Positions 13,201-25,850 of a stretch of DNA of 64,000 nt are shown in pieces; within the stretch, counting starts at the first letter, position 1; each line of letters begins with the position of its first letter. The notes under the pieces were generated by a model. It was not told the origin of the DNA. It did no database searches and saw only the letters and a list, made by a program, of their open reading frames with translations. The stretch spans positions 19,963,360-20,027,359 of the forward strand of contig NC_043019.1 in the NCBI RefSeq assembly GCF_006345805.1, in the 5' to 3' direction. Origin of the DNA: Octopus sinensis. Taxonomy: Eukaryota. The position numbers were made by a program, and so were the translations under genes.

Positions 13201-16200
13201 TTCTATTAATGAAATTGTGTTTAATAAGGCTCTTTTTTCAATGAATAAAGTGGGAATGACATTTGAAGAAGTTAATGTAATTAAAATGGCTAGGACATCA
13301 AAAAATCGTTATAAATTATTCAAATAAATATTGATAATTACTCTACTTCTATTAATGAAATTGTGTTCAATAAGGCCCTTCTTTTTATAATGAATAAAGT
13401 GGAATGACATTTGAAGAAGTTAATGTTATTAAAATGGCTAGGACATCATAAAAGTCGTTATAAATTTATTCAAATAGATATTGATAATTACTCTACTTCT
13501 ATTAATGAAATTGTGTTTAATAAGGCTCTTATTTTTACAATGAATAAAGTGGGAATGACATTTGAAGAAGTTAATGTAATAAAATGGCTAGGAATCATAA
13601 AAATCGTTATAAATTTATTCAAATAGATATTGATAATTACTATTATTCTTTTAATGAAATTGTGTTTAATAAGGCCCTCATTTTTGCAATGAATAAGTGG
13701 GAATGACATTTGAAGAAGTTAATGTAATTAAAATGACTAGGAATCATAAAAATCGTTATAAATTTATTCAATAGATATTGATAATTACTATACTTCTATT
13801 AATGAAATTGTGTTTAATAAGGCTCTTATTTTTTCAATGAATAAAGTGGGAATGACATTTGAATAAGTTAATGTAATTAAAATGGCTAGGACATCATAAA
13901 AATCGTTATAAATTTATTCAAATAGATATTGATAATTACTATTCTTCTATTAATGTAATTGTGTTTAATAAGGCCCTTATTTTTACAATGAATGAAGTGG
14001 GAATGACATGTGAAGAGGTTAATGTAATTAAAATGGCTAGGAAATCATAAAAACCGTTATAAATTTATTCAAAGAGATATTGATATTTACTATTCTTCTA
14101 TTAATGAAATTCTGTTTAATAAGGCCCTTATTTTTACAAGGAATGAAGTGGGAATGATATTTGAAGAAGTTAATGTAATTAAAATAGCTAGGACATCATA
14201 AAAATCGTTATAAATTTATTCAAATAGATATTGATAATTACTATTCTTCTATTAATGAAATGTGTGTTAATAAGGCTCTTATTTTTTCAATGAATAAAGT
14301 GGGAATGACATTTGAAGAAGTTAATGTAATTAAAATGCTAGGACATCATAAAATCGTTTTAAATTTATTGAAATAAATATTGATAATTACTATTCTTCTA
14401 TTAATGAAATTGTGTTTAATAAGGCCCTTATTTTTACAATGAATAGAGTGGGAATGACATTTGAAGAAGTTAATGTAATTAAAACGGCTAGGACATCATA
14501 AAAATCGTTATAAATTTATTCAAATAGATATTGATTGTTACTATTCTTCTATCAATGAAATTGTGTTTAATAAGGCCCTTTTTTTTACAATGAATAAAGT
14601 GAGAATGACATTTGAAGAAGTTAATGTTATTAAAATGGCTAGGACATCATAAAAGTCGTTTTAAATTTATTCAAATAGATATTGATAATTACTATTCTTC
14701 TATTAATGAAATTGTGTTTAATAAGGCCCTTTTTTTTACAATGAATAAAGTGGGAATGACATTTGAAGAAGTTAATGTAATTAAAACGGCTAGGACATCA
14801 TAAAAATCGTTATAATTCAAATAGATATTGATTGTTACTATTCTTCTATTAATGAAATTGTGTTTAATAAGGCCCTTTGTTTTACAATGAATAAAGTGAG
14901 AATGACATTTTAAGAAGTTAATGTTATTAAAATGGCTAGAACATCATAAAAGTCGTTTTAAATTTATTCAAATAGATATTGATAATTACTATCCTTTTAT
15001 TAATGAAATTGTGTTTAATAAGGCCCTTTTTTTTACAATGAATAAAGTGGGAATGACATTTGAAGAAGTTAATGTTATTAAAATGGCTAGGACATCATAA
15101 AAGTCGTTTTAAATTTATTCAAATAGATATTGATAATTATTATTCTTCTATTAATGAAATTGTGTTTAATAAGGCCCTCATTTTTGCAATGAATAAAGTG
15201 GGAATGATATTTGAAGAAGTTAATGTAATTAAAATGGCTAGGACATCATAAAAATCGTTATAAATTTCTTCAAATAGATATTGATAATTACTATTCTTCT
15301 ACTATTGAAATTGTGTTTAATAAGGCCCTTATTTTTACAATGAATGAAGTGGGAATGACATTTGAAGAAGTTAATGTTATTAAAATGGCTAGGACATCAT
15401 AAAAGTCGTTTTAAATTTATTCAAATAGATATTGATAATTACTATTCTTCTATTAATGAAATTGTGTTTAATAAGGCCCTTATTTTTACAATGAATGAAG
15501 TGGGAATGACATTTGAAGAAGTTAATGTAATTAAAATGGCTAGGACATCATAAAAATCGTTATAAATTTCTTCAAATAGATATTGATAATTACTATTCTT
15601 CTACTAATGAAATTGTGTTTAATAAGGCCCTTATTTTTACAATGAATGAAGTGGGAATGACATTTGAAGAAGTTAATGTTATTAAAATGGCTAGGACATC
15701 ATAAAAATCGTTTTAAATTTATTCAAAGAGATATTGATAATTACTATTCTTCTATTAATGAAATCGTGTTTAATAAGGCCCATTTTTTTACAATGAATAA
15801 AGTGGGAATGACATTTGAAGAAGTTAATGTTATTAAAATGGCTAGGACATTATAAAAGTCGTTTTAAATTTATTCAAATAGATATTGATAATTACTATTC
15901 TTCCATAAATGAAATTGTGTTTAATAAGGCCCTTATTTTAGCAATGAATAAAGTGGGAATGACATTTGAAGAAGTTAATGTAATTAAAATGGCTAGGAAA
16001 TCATACAAATCGTTATAGATTTATTCAAATAGATATTGATAATTACTATTCTTCTTTTAATGAACTTGTGTTTAATAAGGCCCTCATTTTTGCAATGAAT
16101 AAAGTTGGAATGTCATTTGAAGAAGTTAATGTAATTAAAATGGCTAGAAAATCATAAAAATCGTTATAAATTTATTCAAATAGATATTGATAATTACTAT

Positions 16201-19200
16201 TCTTCTATTAATGAAATTGTGTTTAATAAGGCCCTTATTTTAGCAATGAATAAAGTGGGAATGACATTTGAAGAAGTTAATGTAATTAAAATGGCTAGGA
16301 AATCATAAAAATCGTTATAAATTTATTCAAATAGATATTAATAATTACTATTATTCTTTTAATGAAGTTGTGTTTAATAAGGCCCTCATTTTTGCAATGA
16401 ATAAAGTGGGAATGACATTTGAAGAAGTTAATGTAATTAAAATGGCTAGGAAATCATAAAAATCGTTATAAATTTATTCAAATAGATATTGATAATTACT
16501 ATACTTCTATTAATGAAATTGTGTTTAATAAGGCTCTTATTTTTTCAATGAATAAAGTGGGAATGACATTTGAAGAAGTTAATGTAATTAAAATAGCTAG
16601 GACATCATAAAAATCGTTATAAATTTATTCAAATAGATATTGATAATTACTATTCTTCTATTAATGTAATTGTGTTTAATAAGGCCCTTATTTTTACAAT
16701 CAATGAAGTGGGAATGACATTTGAAGAGGTTAATGTAATTAAAATGGCTAGGAAATCATAAAAATCGTTATAAATTTATTCAAAGAGATATTGATAATTA
16801 CTATTCTTCTATTAATGAAATTCTGTTTAATAAGGCCCTTATTTTTACAAGGAATGAAGTGGGAATGATATTTGAAGAAGTTAATGTAATTAAAATAGCT
16901 AGGACATCAAAAAAATCGTTATAAATTTATTCAAATAGATATTGATAATTACTATTCTTCTATTAATGAAATTGTGTTTAATAAGGCCCTTATTTTTACA
17001 ATGAATGAAGTGGGAATGACATTTGAAGAAGTTAATGTAATTAAAATGGCTAGGACATCATAAAAACCGTTACAAATTTATTCAAATAGATATTGATAAT
17101 TACTCTACTTCTATTAATGAAATTGTGTTTAATAAGGCTCTTATTTTTTCAATGAATAAAGTGGGAATGACATTTGAAGAAGTTAATGTAATTAAAATGG
17201 CTAGGAAATCATAAAAATCGTTATAAATTTATTCAAATAGATATTGATAATTACTATTATTCTTTTAATGAAGTTGTGTTTAATAAGGCCCTCATTTTTG
17301 CAATGAATAAAGTGGGAATGACATTTGAAGAAGTTAATGTAATTAAAATGGCTAGGAAATCATAAAAATCGTTATAAATTTATTCAAATAGATATTGATA
17401 ATTACTATACTTCTATTAATGAAATTGTGTTTAATAAGGCTCTTATTTTTTCAATGAATAAAGTGGGAATGACATTTGAAGAAGTTAATGTAATTAAAAT
17501 GGCTAGGACATCATAAAAATCGTTATAAATTTATTCAAATAGATATTGATAATTACTATTCTTCTATTAATGTAATTGTGTTTAATAAGGCCCTTATTTT
17601 TACAATGAATGAAGTGGGAATGACATTTGAAGAGGTTAATGTAATTAAAATGGCTAGGAAATCATAAAAATCGTTATAAATTTATTCAAAGAGATATTGA
17701 TATTTACTATTCTTCTATTAATGAAATTCTGTTTAATAAGGCCCTTATTTTTACAAGGAATGAAGTGGGAATGATATTTGAAGAAGTTAATGTAATTAAA
17801 ATAGCTAGGACATCATAAAAATCGTTATAAATTTATTCAAATAGATATTGATAATTACTATTCTTCTATTAATGAAATTGTGTTTAATAAGGCTCTTATT
17901 TTTTCAATGAATAAAGTGGGAATGACATTTGAAGAAGTTAATGTAATTAAAATGGCTAGGACATCATAAAAATCGTTTTAAATGTATTGAAATAAATATT
18001 GATAATTACTATTCTTCTATTAATGAAATTGTGTTTAATAAGGCCCTTATTTTTACAATGAATGAAGTGGGAATGACATTTGAAGAAGTTAATGTAATTA
18101 AAATGGCTAGGACATCATAAAAACCGTTATAAATTTATTGAAATAGATATTGATAATTACTATTCTTCTATTAATGAAATTGTGTTTAATAAGGCCCTTA
18201 TTTTTACAATGAATAGAGTGGGAATGACATTTGAAGAAGTTAATGTAATTAAAACGGCTAGGACATCATAAAAATCGTTATAAATTTATTCAAATAGATA
18301 TTGATTGTTACTATTCTTCTATCAATGAAATTGTGTTTAATAAGGCCCTTTTTTTTACAATGAATAAAGTGAGAATGACATTTGAAGAAGTTAATGTAAT
18401 TAAAATGGCTAGGACATCATAAAAATCGTTATAATTCAAATAGATATTGATTGTTACTATTCTTCTATTAATGAAATTGTGTTTAATAAGGCCCTTTGTT
18501 TTACAATGAATAAAGTGAGAATGACATTTGAAGAAGTTAATGTTATTAAAATGGCTAGAACATCATAAAAGTCGTTTTAAATTTATTCAAATAGATATTG
18601 ATAATTACTATTCTTTTATTAATGAAATTGTGTTTAATAAGGCCCTTTTTTTTACAATGAATAAAGTGGGAATGACATTTGAAGAAGTTAATGTTATTAA
18701 AATGGCTAGGACATCATAAAAGTCGTTTTAAATTTATTCAAATAGATATTGATAATTACTATTCTTTTATTAATGAAATTGTGTTTAATAAGGCCCTCAT
18801 TTTTGCAATGAATAAAGTGGGAATGACATTTGAAGAAGTTAATGTAATTAAAATGGCTAGGACATCATAAAAATCGTTATAAATTTATTCAAATAGACAT
18901 TGATTGTTACTATTCTTCTATTAATGAAATTGTGTTTAATAAGGCCCTTTGTTACAATGAATAAAGTGGGAATGACATTTGAAGAAGTTAATGTTATTAA
19001 AATGGCTAGGACATCATAAAAATCGTTATAAATTTATTCAAATAGATATTGATAATTACTATTCTTCTATTAATGAAATTGTGTTCAATAAGGCCCTTCT
19101 TTTTATAATGAATAAAGTGGGAATGACATTTGAAGAAGTGAATGTTATTAAAATGGCTAGGACATTATAAAAGTCGTTTTAAATTTATTCAAATAGATAT

Positions 19201-19617
19201 TGATAATTACTATTCTTCTATTAATGAAATTGTGTTTAATAAGGCCCTTATTTCTACAATGAATGAAGTGGGAATTACATTTGAAGAAGTTAATGTTATT
19301 AAAATGGCTAGGACATCATAAAAGTCGTTTTAAATTTATTCAAATAGATATTGATAATTACTATTCTTCTATTAATGAAATTGTGTTTAATAAGGCCCTC
19401 ATTTTTGCAATGAATATAGTGGGAATGACATTTGAAGAAGTTAATGTAATTAAAATGGCTAGGGAATCATAAAAATCGTTATAAATGTATCCGAATAGAT
19501 ATAGATAATTACTATTCTTCTTTTAATGAAATTATGTTTAATAAGGCCCTTATTTTTGCAATGAATAAAATGAGAAAGACATTTGAATAAGTTAATGTAA
19601 TTAAAATGGCTAGGAAA
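1290..19617 (+). repeat. 151-bp tandem satellite (~121 copies) derived from PLE reverse transcriptase coding sequence
   Basis: Unit recurs every 151 bp; identical ORFs at 1521 and 2276 are 755 = 5x151 bp apart. One frame reads KNRYKFIQIDIDNYYSSINEIVFNKALIFAMNKVGMTFEEVNVIKMAR, and the last unit continues into KSLIKYKNKLWARK of the RT at 19606. Confidence 0.97.
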
Positions 19618-20277
19618 TCGCTCATTAAATATAAAAATAAACTATGGGCTAGGAAAGATACTAGGGATTTTTTTGATATACCTTTTGGAGCAACTGATTC
19701 TGCACAAGCTACGGATTTTGTAGGTATTTATCTTTTATCTGAACTCCAATTAGAAAATTTAAAAATAGGGGGTGGTTTATATTGGGATGACTTTCTACTA
19801 ATTACTAAGAATCGCACTAATAGCAACCTAGAAGTATATAAGAAAAAACTTTATAGTTTCTTTAAAAGATATGGTTTAAGTATCACTATATATAATGAGA
19901 ATTTCAATATTAATTATTTAGATGTTAATTTTAATCTAATTACATGTAAAACACAACCATATCATAAACTTAATGAGAACCTTAGATATATAAATGTTAA
20001 TAGTAATCACCCACCATCAATTAAAATATCGTTGATTAATAATATTAGTAAACGTATATCATTACTTTCTTATGATTTAGAGATTTTTAATATACATGCT
20101 CCTTATTATAATGAGGCCATTAGAGAGGTAGGTTACAATAGTAATATTAAATTTTTTACTAAAAATAAAGATAAAGCTAGAACTAATAAAATTAGAGATA
20201 AAAATATTAATAATAATTATAATTTTGTTAGAAATATGGTAAAAATATTAGAAATTATAAAAATAAAAATAATATAA
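19606..20277 (+). pseudogene. PLE reverse transcriptase segment (motif B through thumb)
   Basis: 223-aa open frame; catalytic YWDD at 19780-19791 where YRDD is typical. Confidence 0.9.
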
Positions 20278-20479
20278 ATAAAAATAAGAATTAAAATAAA
20301 AATAAAAATAATAATAATAATAATAAAAATAAAAATAAAATTAATAACTTTAATAATTCTTTAAATGTTGATTATAAATATAAATCTGATAATAATAATA
20401 ATATTAATATGATAAAGAAATATAATTACAACAATAATAATGACAGTTTTAATAATAATAAGAAGGAAAATAAGAATTA

Positions 20480-21180
20480 AATTTGGTTAATAGTCCCTTA
20501 TGGTGCTCAAGTTAAAACGAATATTATTAAAGAGATTTTAGATATTATTGAACTATTTATTCGAGATAATCGTAAATATAAAAACATTTTCTGTAGTAAT
20601 AATTTTGGAGTAGGTAATTCCACCACTAATAGTGTAGGTAACATTATTTCTTCTTTTAACGAATTTAAACTGAATAATTTTTATAAAAATAAATTATTTA
20701 ATAATACCAATAATAAAGACAAGACACTAATTAACTGTACATGTAGAGATAAATCTAAATGTAAATTAAATAATAAATGTGATACTAATGATGTAGTGTA
20801 TAAATGTATAGTTACATAAGAATATTAAGAATAATAATAACTCAAACGCGATATATATAGGGTCCACTTCCTCTAAAATAAAATTAAGAATCGCACAACA
20901 TTTGAATTCATTTAAAAATAAAAACTTAATTAACTCCACTGGACTTAGCAAGTACATTTGGAGACTTAAATCCCAAAATATTAATTATAATTTATCTTGG
21001 GAAATAATTAGTAAAACTAAATCATATACTATAGGAGCGAATTTTTGTTATTTGTGCTCTAATGGGTTTAAGGAAATTTTATTTTATAAGCATGATAATT
21101 TACTGAATATCTGTGATGAGCGCAAAATAAAATGCAGACACAAGTTACTTTACTTTTATAATACATTTCTTGATAAATAA
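20480..21180 (+). pseudogene. PLE linker and GIY-YIG endonuclease segment
   Basis: Manual translation across a frameshift near 20817; track ORF 20902-21180 is its C-terminal part. Confidence 0.88.
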
Positions 21181-21619
21181 TAATTATTTATTAGCCTTAA
21201 TTAGCTCCCTATTTATTGTTTTATGTAATAGTATTATAAATATACCAGGTGATTTGTAGTACATATTATAATAGTTTATTTCAGTTATTTAGGTTCTGTT
21301 TTTAATTATAGTTAGATTATAGATGGTTTTCCATTTTATTACTAAATAATAAATATTTAATGGTTTATTGAATATTGAGTCTGGTAAGTTACAATTTTAT
21401 TTATTTTATATATTTTGTTATATTTCTATTATTACTTCGTTAAATTATAATTTTGTTATATTAATCTATTTGTATGTAATCTCTTTATATTTGAAATATA
21501 GTTGTTTATTTAATCCATTTTATTTAATATAGAAGTATAGATTAGTAGATTAATTTTTTAGATTTAACTTAATATTTACCTCTATTTTGTATTGTAGTAT
21601 GATTATAGACATTTATATA

Positions 21620-21990
21620 TCTATTTATTTATAATATATGTGGATGTGTGTGTTTGTATATATGTGTAATTGATGATGTGTGTATATATATATATATATA
21701 TGTATATACATTTATTTATTTGTATGTGTGTGGGTGTGTATATATTGGTGTAAGTGTATATATTGAGTATTGTATGTATGTACATGTATGTATGAGTGTG
21801 CATATGTGTATGGGTGTAAGTGTGTGTATATATGTGTGTATATATGTATATGAATGTATGTGTGTATGTATGTGTATATGTGTATGTATATGTATATGTA
21901 TGTATATGTGTATATGTGTATATATATGTATATATATATGTATATGTATGGATATTTTCTTATATATTTATGTATACGTATGTATAGTTT
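21620..21990. repeat. Compound TG/TA/TATG microsatellite
   Basis: Direct inspection. Confidence 0.95.
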
Positions 21991-23123
21991 TTTAGCTTAT
22001 AATTATAAGGGTATGGGATAGAATTTATAATATGTAGTGGGGTTACTATATAAATTAATTTTTATGTATTTATTAATCTTATTAGATTTTTAGAATATAT
22101 TTAATAATAAGTGGTTTTTAATCATTTAATTTATTTTGTATTAAGTTTCATTTATCATAGTTATTTTATTAATAAATATTATAGTATAGAGAGATTTTAT
22201 TCTTTATTTGTGAATTCATTATTACAATAATAAACATATAATTTTCCATTCATAATCTTTAATAAACGTAGGTTCCTCACGCGTAATGAATTCTTCAACA
22301 ATTTATTCTTTTTTTTGCTAATAACGTAATTCCATGAGTATTCTTATAAACGCTGTATAAGACGTTTTTTGATTCAAAAATTTAGTTCATTGTTTAAACC
22401 TCGCCAAGATAAGTATGTATCTTTTTAAGATCTTCAAATTGTAAATTTTAATATTGTATAAGCCTTTGGAGTAATAATATTCTCCTTATGTAAATATCGT
22501 TGTTTATGTAATGATCTAATTATCGTAATTTTCTATGTTATTAGATATTAAATAAATTAGATAAACTTTGATAAAATTAGATATGTTTCGACTAAAGATT
22601 GGTCTAGGCCATGTCTAATTTAATAGCATAATTTATATTAGATAATTATTCCCATTCATAATTATATTTATAGTACTTGTAGTATTTATTTGATACTATA
22701 TTACTAAGAATTGAATATTTCTATAAGTATTTTACATAAGTTTTTGAAAGTCCGTTTAAGTTAGTTTATTTGTATTTTGAAATTAGCTATTTCAGCTTTA
22801 AATATGAAAAATTAAATTTATTAGGTTTTCATTATATACAATTATTTATAGAGATTATTTTAGATCATGATTATAATATTTATATATATTTTCATTGATA
22901 ATTTATATATATTAGTCATTTTAAATATTTATGTATTTAGATATAGACTAATATTGATATTAGATTATGGGTTTTCTACCTTATAAATTAAAGTTAATAT
23001 TTAACATTATAGTCGATTTCGATATAATCATATTTAATAATAGAGTTTATTATAAGTAAAATTATTATATTATATATATTATTTATATCTTAAAAATATT
23101 GATTATATTTTAGATATTTAAAC

Positions 23124-23171
23124 CACCTGATGAATGACTGCGACTCAAAAATTTGAGAAACGATCGTAGTG
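23124..23171 (+). ncRNA. Minimal type I hammerhead ribozyme-like motif, stem II imperfect
   Basis: cac-CTGATGA-atgactgcgactcaaaaatttga-GAAAC-gatc-GTA-gtg: intact core, 3-bp stem I, palindromic stem III loop, GUA site. Confidence 0.55.
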
Positions 23172-23384
23172 TGATATTAATTATATTTTTTTAATAATTT
23201 TGTTATATATTTAAATAATATAAATTAAATAATCTTATGTATTGGCTTAAGTTTTTCATTGTTTGATTTGCCTAATAGTGGTTTTGTCTCTAATTTAATA
23301 TAATATAATATTTTACTATAAAATTGGATTCAATCCTAAATCTGATTTTTCCCTGTAAGTTTGGATTTATTCCCTAATATTTAT

Positions 23385-23509
<125 letters not shown>

Positions 23510-23863
23510 GGGGAGGGGCAGCTTAATGTTAATATTTTGTTGAGCATAAAAGATTAATAAAAGTCAGTAAATAATAGTGATGTCTGATTAGCAGCATCCA
23601 ACTCCTTCGAAGAGATTTATTGATGTAGGAAAAATTATTGGTTGATGTGGAGAATGAAATTGGTGGAGATCCTTCTCCATGGACCAAATGACAGAGGCTT
23701 TAATGAAGTCTATTGTTCTTCAATATACAGTTTTAAAATTATATTATCCTCGTCTTTTCTTACGTGTAACAATGAGTGTTTTCTTCCCTGTTGCTTCGAA
23801 GTGAAATATTGTTTATTTGCGGGAGTGAAATATCAAAAACATATGTATTACAAAGAGAAAAGA

Positions 23864-25850
23864 GATCGTCGTCGTCGTTTAACGTCTGCTTTCCATGCTA
23901 GCATGGGTTGGACAATTTGGCTGAGGATTGGCAAACCAGATGGCTGCACCAGGCTCCAATCTGATCTGGCAGAGTTTCTACAGCTGGACGCCCTTCCCAA
24001 TGCCAACCACACCTAGAGTGTAGTGGGTGCTTTTATGTGCCACCGACACGAGGGCCAGTCAGGCAGTACTGGCAACGGCCACGCTGAAATGGTGTTTGTT
24101 ACGTACCACTTGCACAGGAGCCAGTCCAGTGGCACTGCCAACGACCTCGCTCGAATATTTTTTTACGTGCCAGTATGGTGACGCTGCTAACGATCACACT
24201 CGAATGGTGCTTTTTACATAATACTGGCATGGAAGCCAGTCAGCTGCTCTGGCAACGATCACGCTCGGATGGTTGTCTTAGCACACCACTAGCACGGATG
24301 CCAGACATCGAATTTAATTTTGATTTCGATTTCACTTGCCTCAAAAGGTCTTCACAAGCAGAGTTTAGTGTTCAATTAAGGAAAAGTACGCAAAACTGGG
24401 CTGGTTACACCCCTGACATAGGTCACGAGGTTATGGTCTCACTTAGCTTGCCGGTGCATATTTCCATTTCCAAAGGCCTCGGTCACTAGTCATTTCCTAA
24501 TGTTCGAAGGTCGTGCTTTACCATCTCATCCCAGGTCTTCCTGGGTCTACATCTTTCACAGGTTCCCTTAACCGCTAGGGTGTGGCACTTTTTCACACAG
24601 CTATCTTCATCCATTCTCACGACATGACCATACCAGCACAGTCGTCTCTCTTGCACACCACATCTGATGCTTCTTAGGTACAACAATTCTCTCAAGGTAC
24701 TTACACTCTGTTGGGTTATGCACACTGACATTACACATCCACCTGAGCATACTGGCTTCATTCCTTGTGAGCTTACACATGTCCTCAGCAGTCACGGCCC
24801 ATGTTTCACTGCCATGTAGCATGGCTGTTCGTACACATGCGTCATACAGTCTACCTTTTACTCTGAGCGAGAGACCCTTTGTCACTGGCAGAGGTAAGAG
24901 CTCTCTGAACTTTGTCTACGCTATTCTTATTCTAGCAGCTACACTTTCAGTGCACCCTTCCCGCTACTGACTTGGTTACCTAGGTAACAGAAGCTATCAA
25001 CTACTTCTAGTTTTTCTCCCTGGAATGTGGCAGAGGTTGTTCTCTGCACATTTTCAGTGCTTATTGCTCCTGAGCATCTGCCACATACAAAAATATCTTC
25101 CCAGTTAACCTTTTGATATTGCTGCACCTCTTATGTGTCCATAGCTTACAGTGGGTACATCTTATAGAATTTCTACCTACGCCTTTTCTACAGATTGAGC
25201 AGGGCCATCTACCTGAAGGGATTTGTGGTTTGCCCGCCTTCCTACTTATTAGGACTTTGGTTTTAGTTAGGTTGACTCTAAGGCCCTTCGATTCTAATCC
25301 TTGTTTCCACACTTGAAACTTCTCCTCTAGTTTTGATCGTGACTCAGCAATTAGAGCATAGAGGAGCTCCCAGGGGCATCCTGTCTTGAATTCCTCTGTT
25401 ATTGCTTGGAGGACTATGATAAATAGGAGGGGGCTAAGGACTGAACCTTGGTGGACCCCTACCTCTACCCGGAATTCTTCGCTGTACTCGTTGCCAACTC
25501 TCACCTTACTGACAGCGTCCCTATACATGGTTTTCACAGCTCCCACTAACCATTCATCTATCCCTAGTTTCCCCATTGACCACCAGATGAGGGATCGGGG
25601 GATCCTGTCAAAGGCTTTCTCCGTGTCAACAAAATCCAGGTACAGAGGTTTATCTTTGGCTAGGTATTTCTCCTGCAGCAGTCTAACCAGAAATATGGCA
25701 TCAGTGGTGCTTTTCCCTGGCACGAAACCAAACTGCATCTCATCTAATCTGACTCTCTCCCTAATCAGTTGGGCTATGACCCTCTCCGCGACTTTCGTTA
25801 CCTGATCCAACAACTTAATACCTCTGTAATTATTTGTATCTAAAGCATCA
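23864..25850 (-). mobile_element. 5'-truncated RTE-clade LINE: RT, Cys-rich insert, 3' UTR and (ACG)n tail
   Basis: NYRGIKLLDQV...MQFGFVPGKSTTDAIF...KAFDRIPR...GVHQGSVLSP, then WPCSICRKG...CTHCKLWTHKRC...FVCGRC, then YLG and RRLCWYGHVVRM. 3' end is (ACG)n at 23864-23878. Confidence 0.9.

Larger units (their letters stand above)
19470..21180 (+). mobile_element. 5'-truncated Penelope-like retroelement, RT plus GIY-YIG endonuclease (disrupted)
   Basis: RT motifs FDIPFGATDSAQATDFVG, GLYWDDFL, NYLDVNFNL and SNHPPSI. Linker IWLIVPYGAQVKTNI...NCTCRDKSKC. GIY-YIG VVYKC...IYIGSTSSKIKLRIAQHLNSFK, then LSKYIW..LK, CYLC and KCRH. Disrupted by an AAT-rich tract (~20270-20480), a stop and a frameshift near 20817. 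Confidence 0.93.

Noticed and set aside
1290-19617. CRISPR-like array or tandem multigene family of 63-aa MKKLM... proteins
   Set aside because: There are no unique spacers and the DNA is eukaryotic. The ORFs use TTG starts and arise from the 3n+1 period; only their second half is in the RT frame.
1290-19617. Retrozyme (ribozyme-bearing tandem repeat)
   Set aside because: No CTGANGA/GAAA hammerhead core is visible in the 151-bp unit, nor in the 124-bp unit.
23560-23860. Possible exon or transposase remnant
   Set aside because: Stops in the plausible frames and no convincing motif or splice-site pair.
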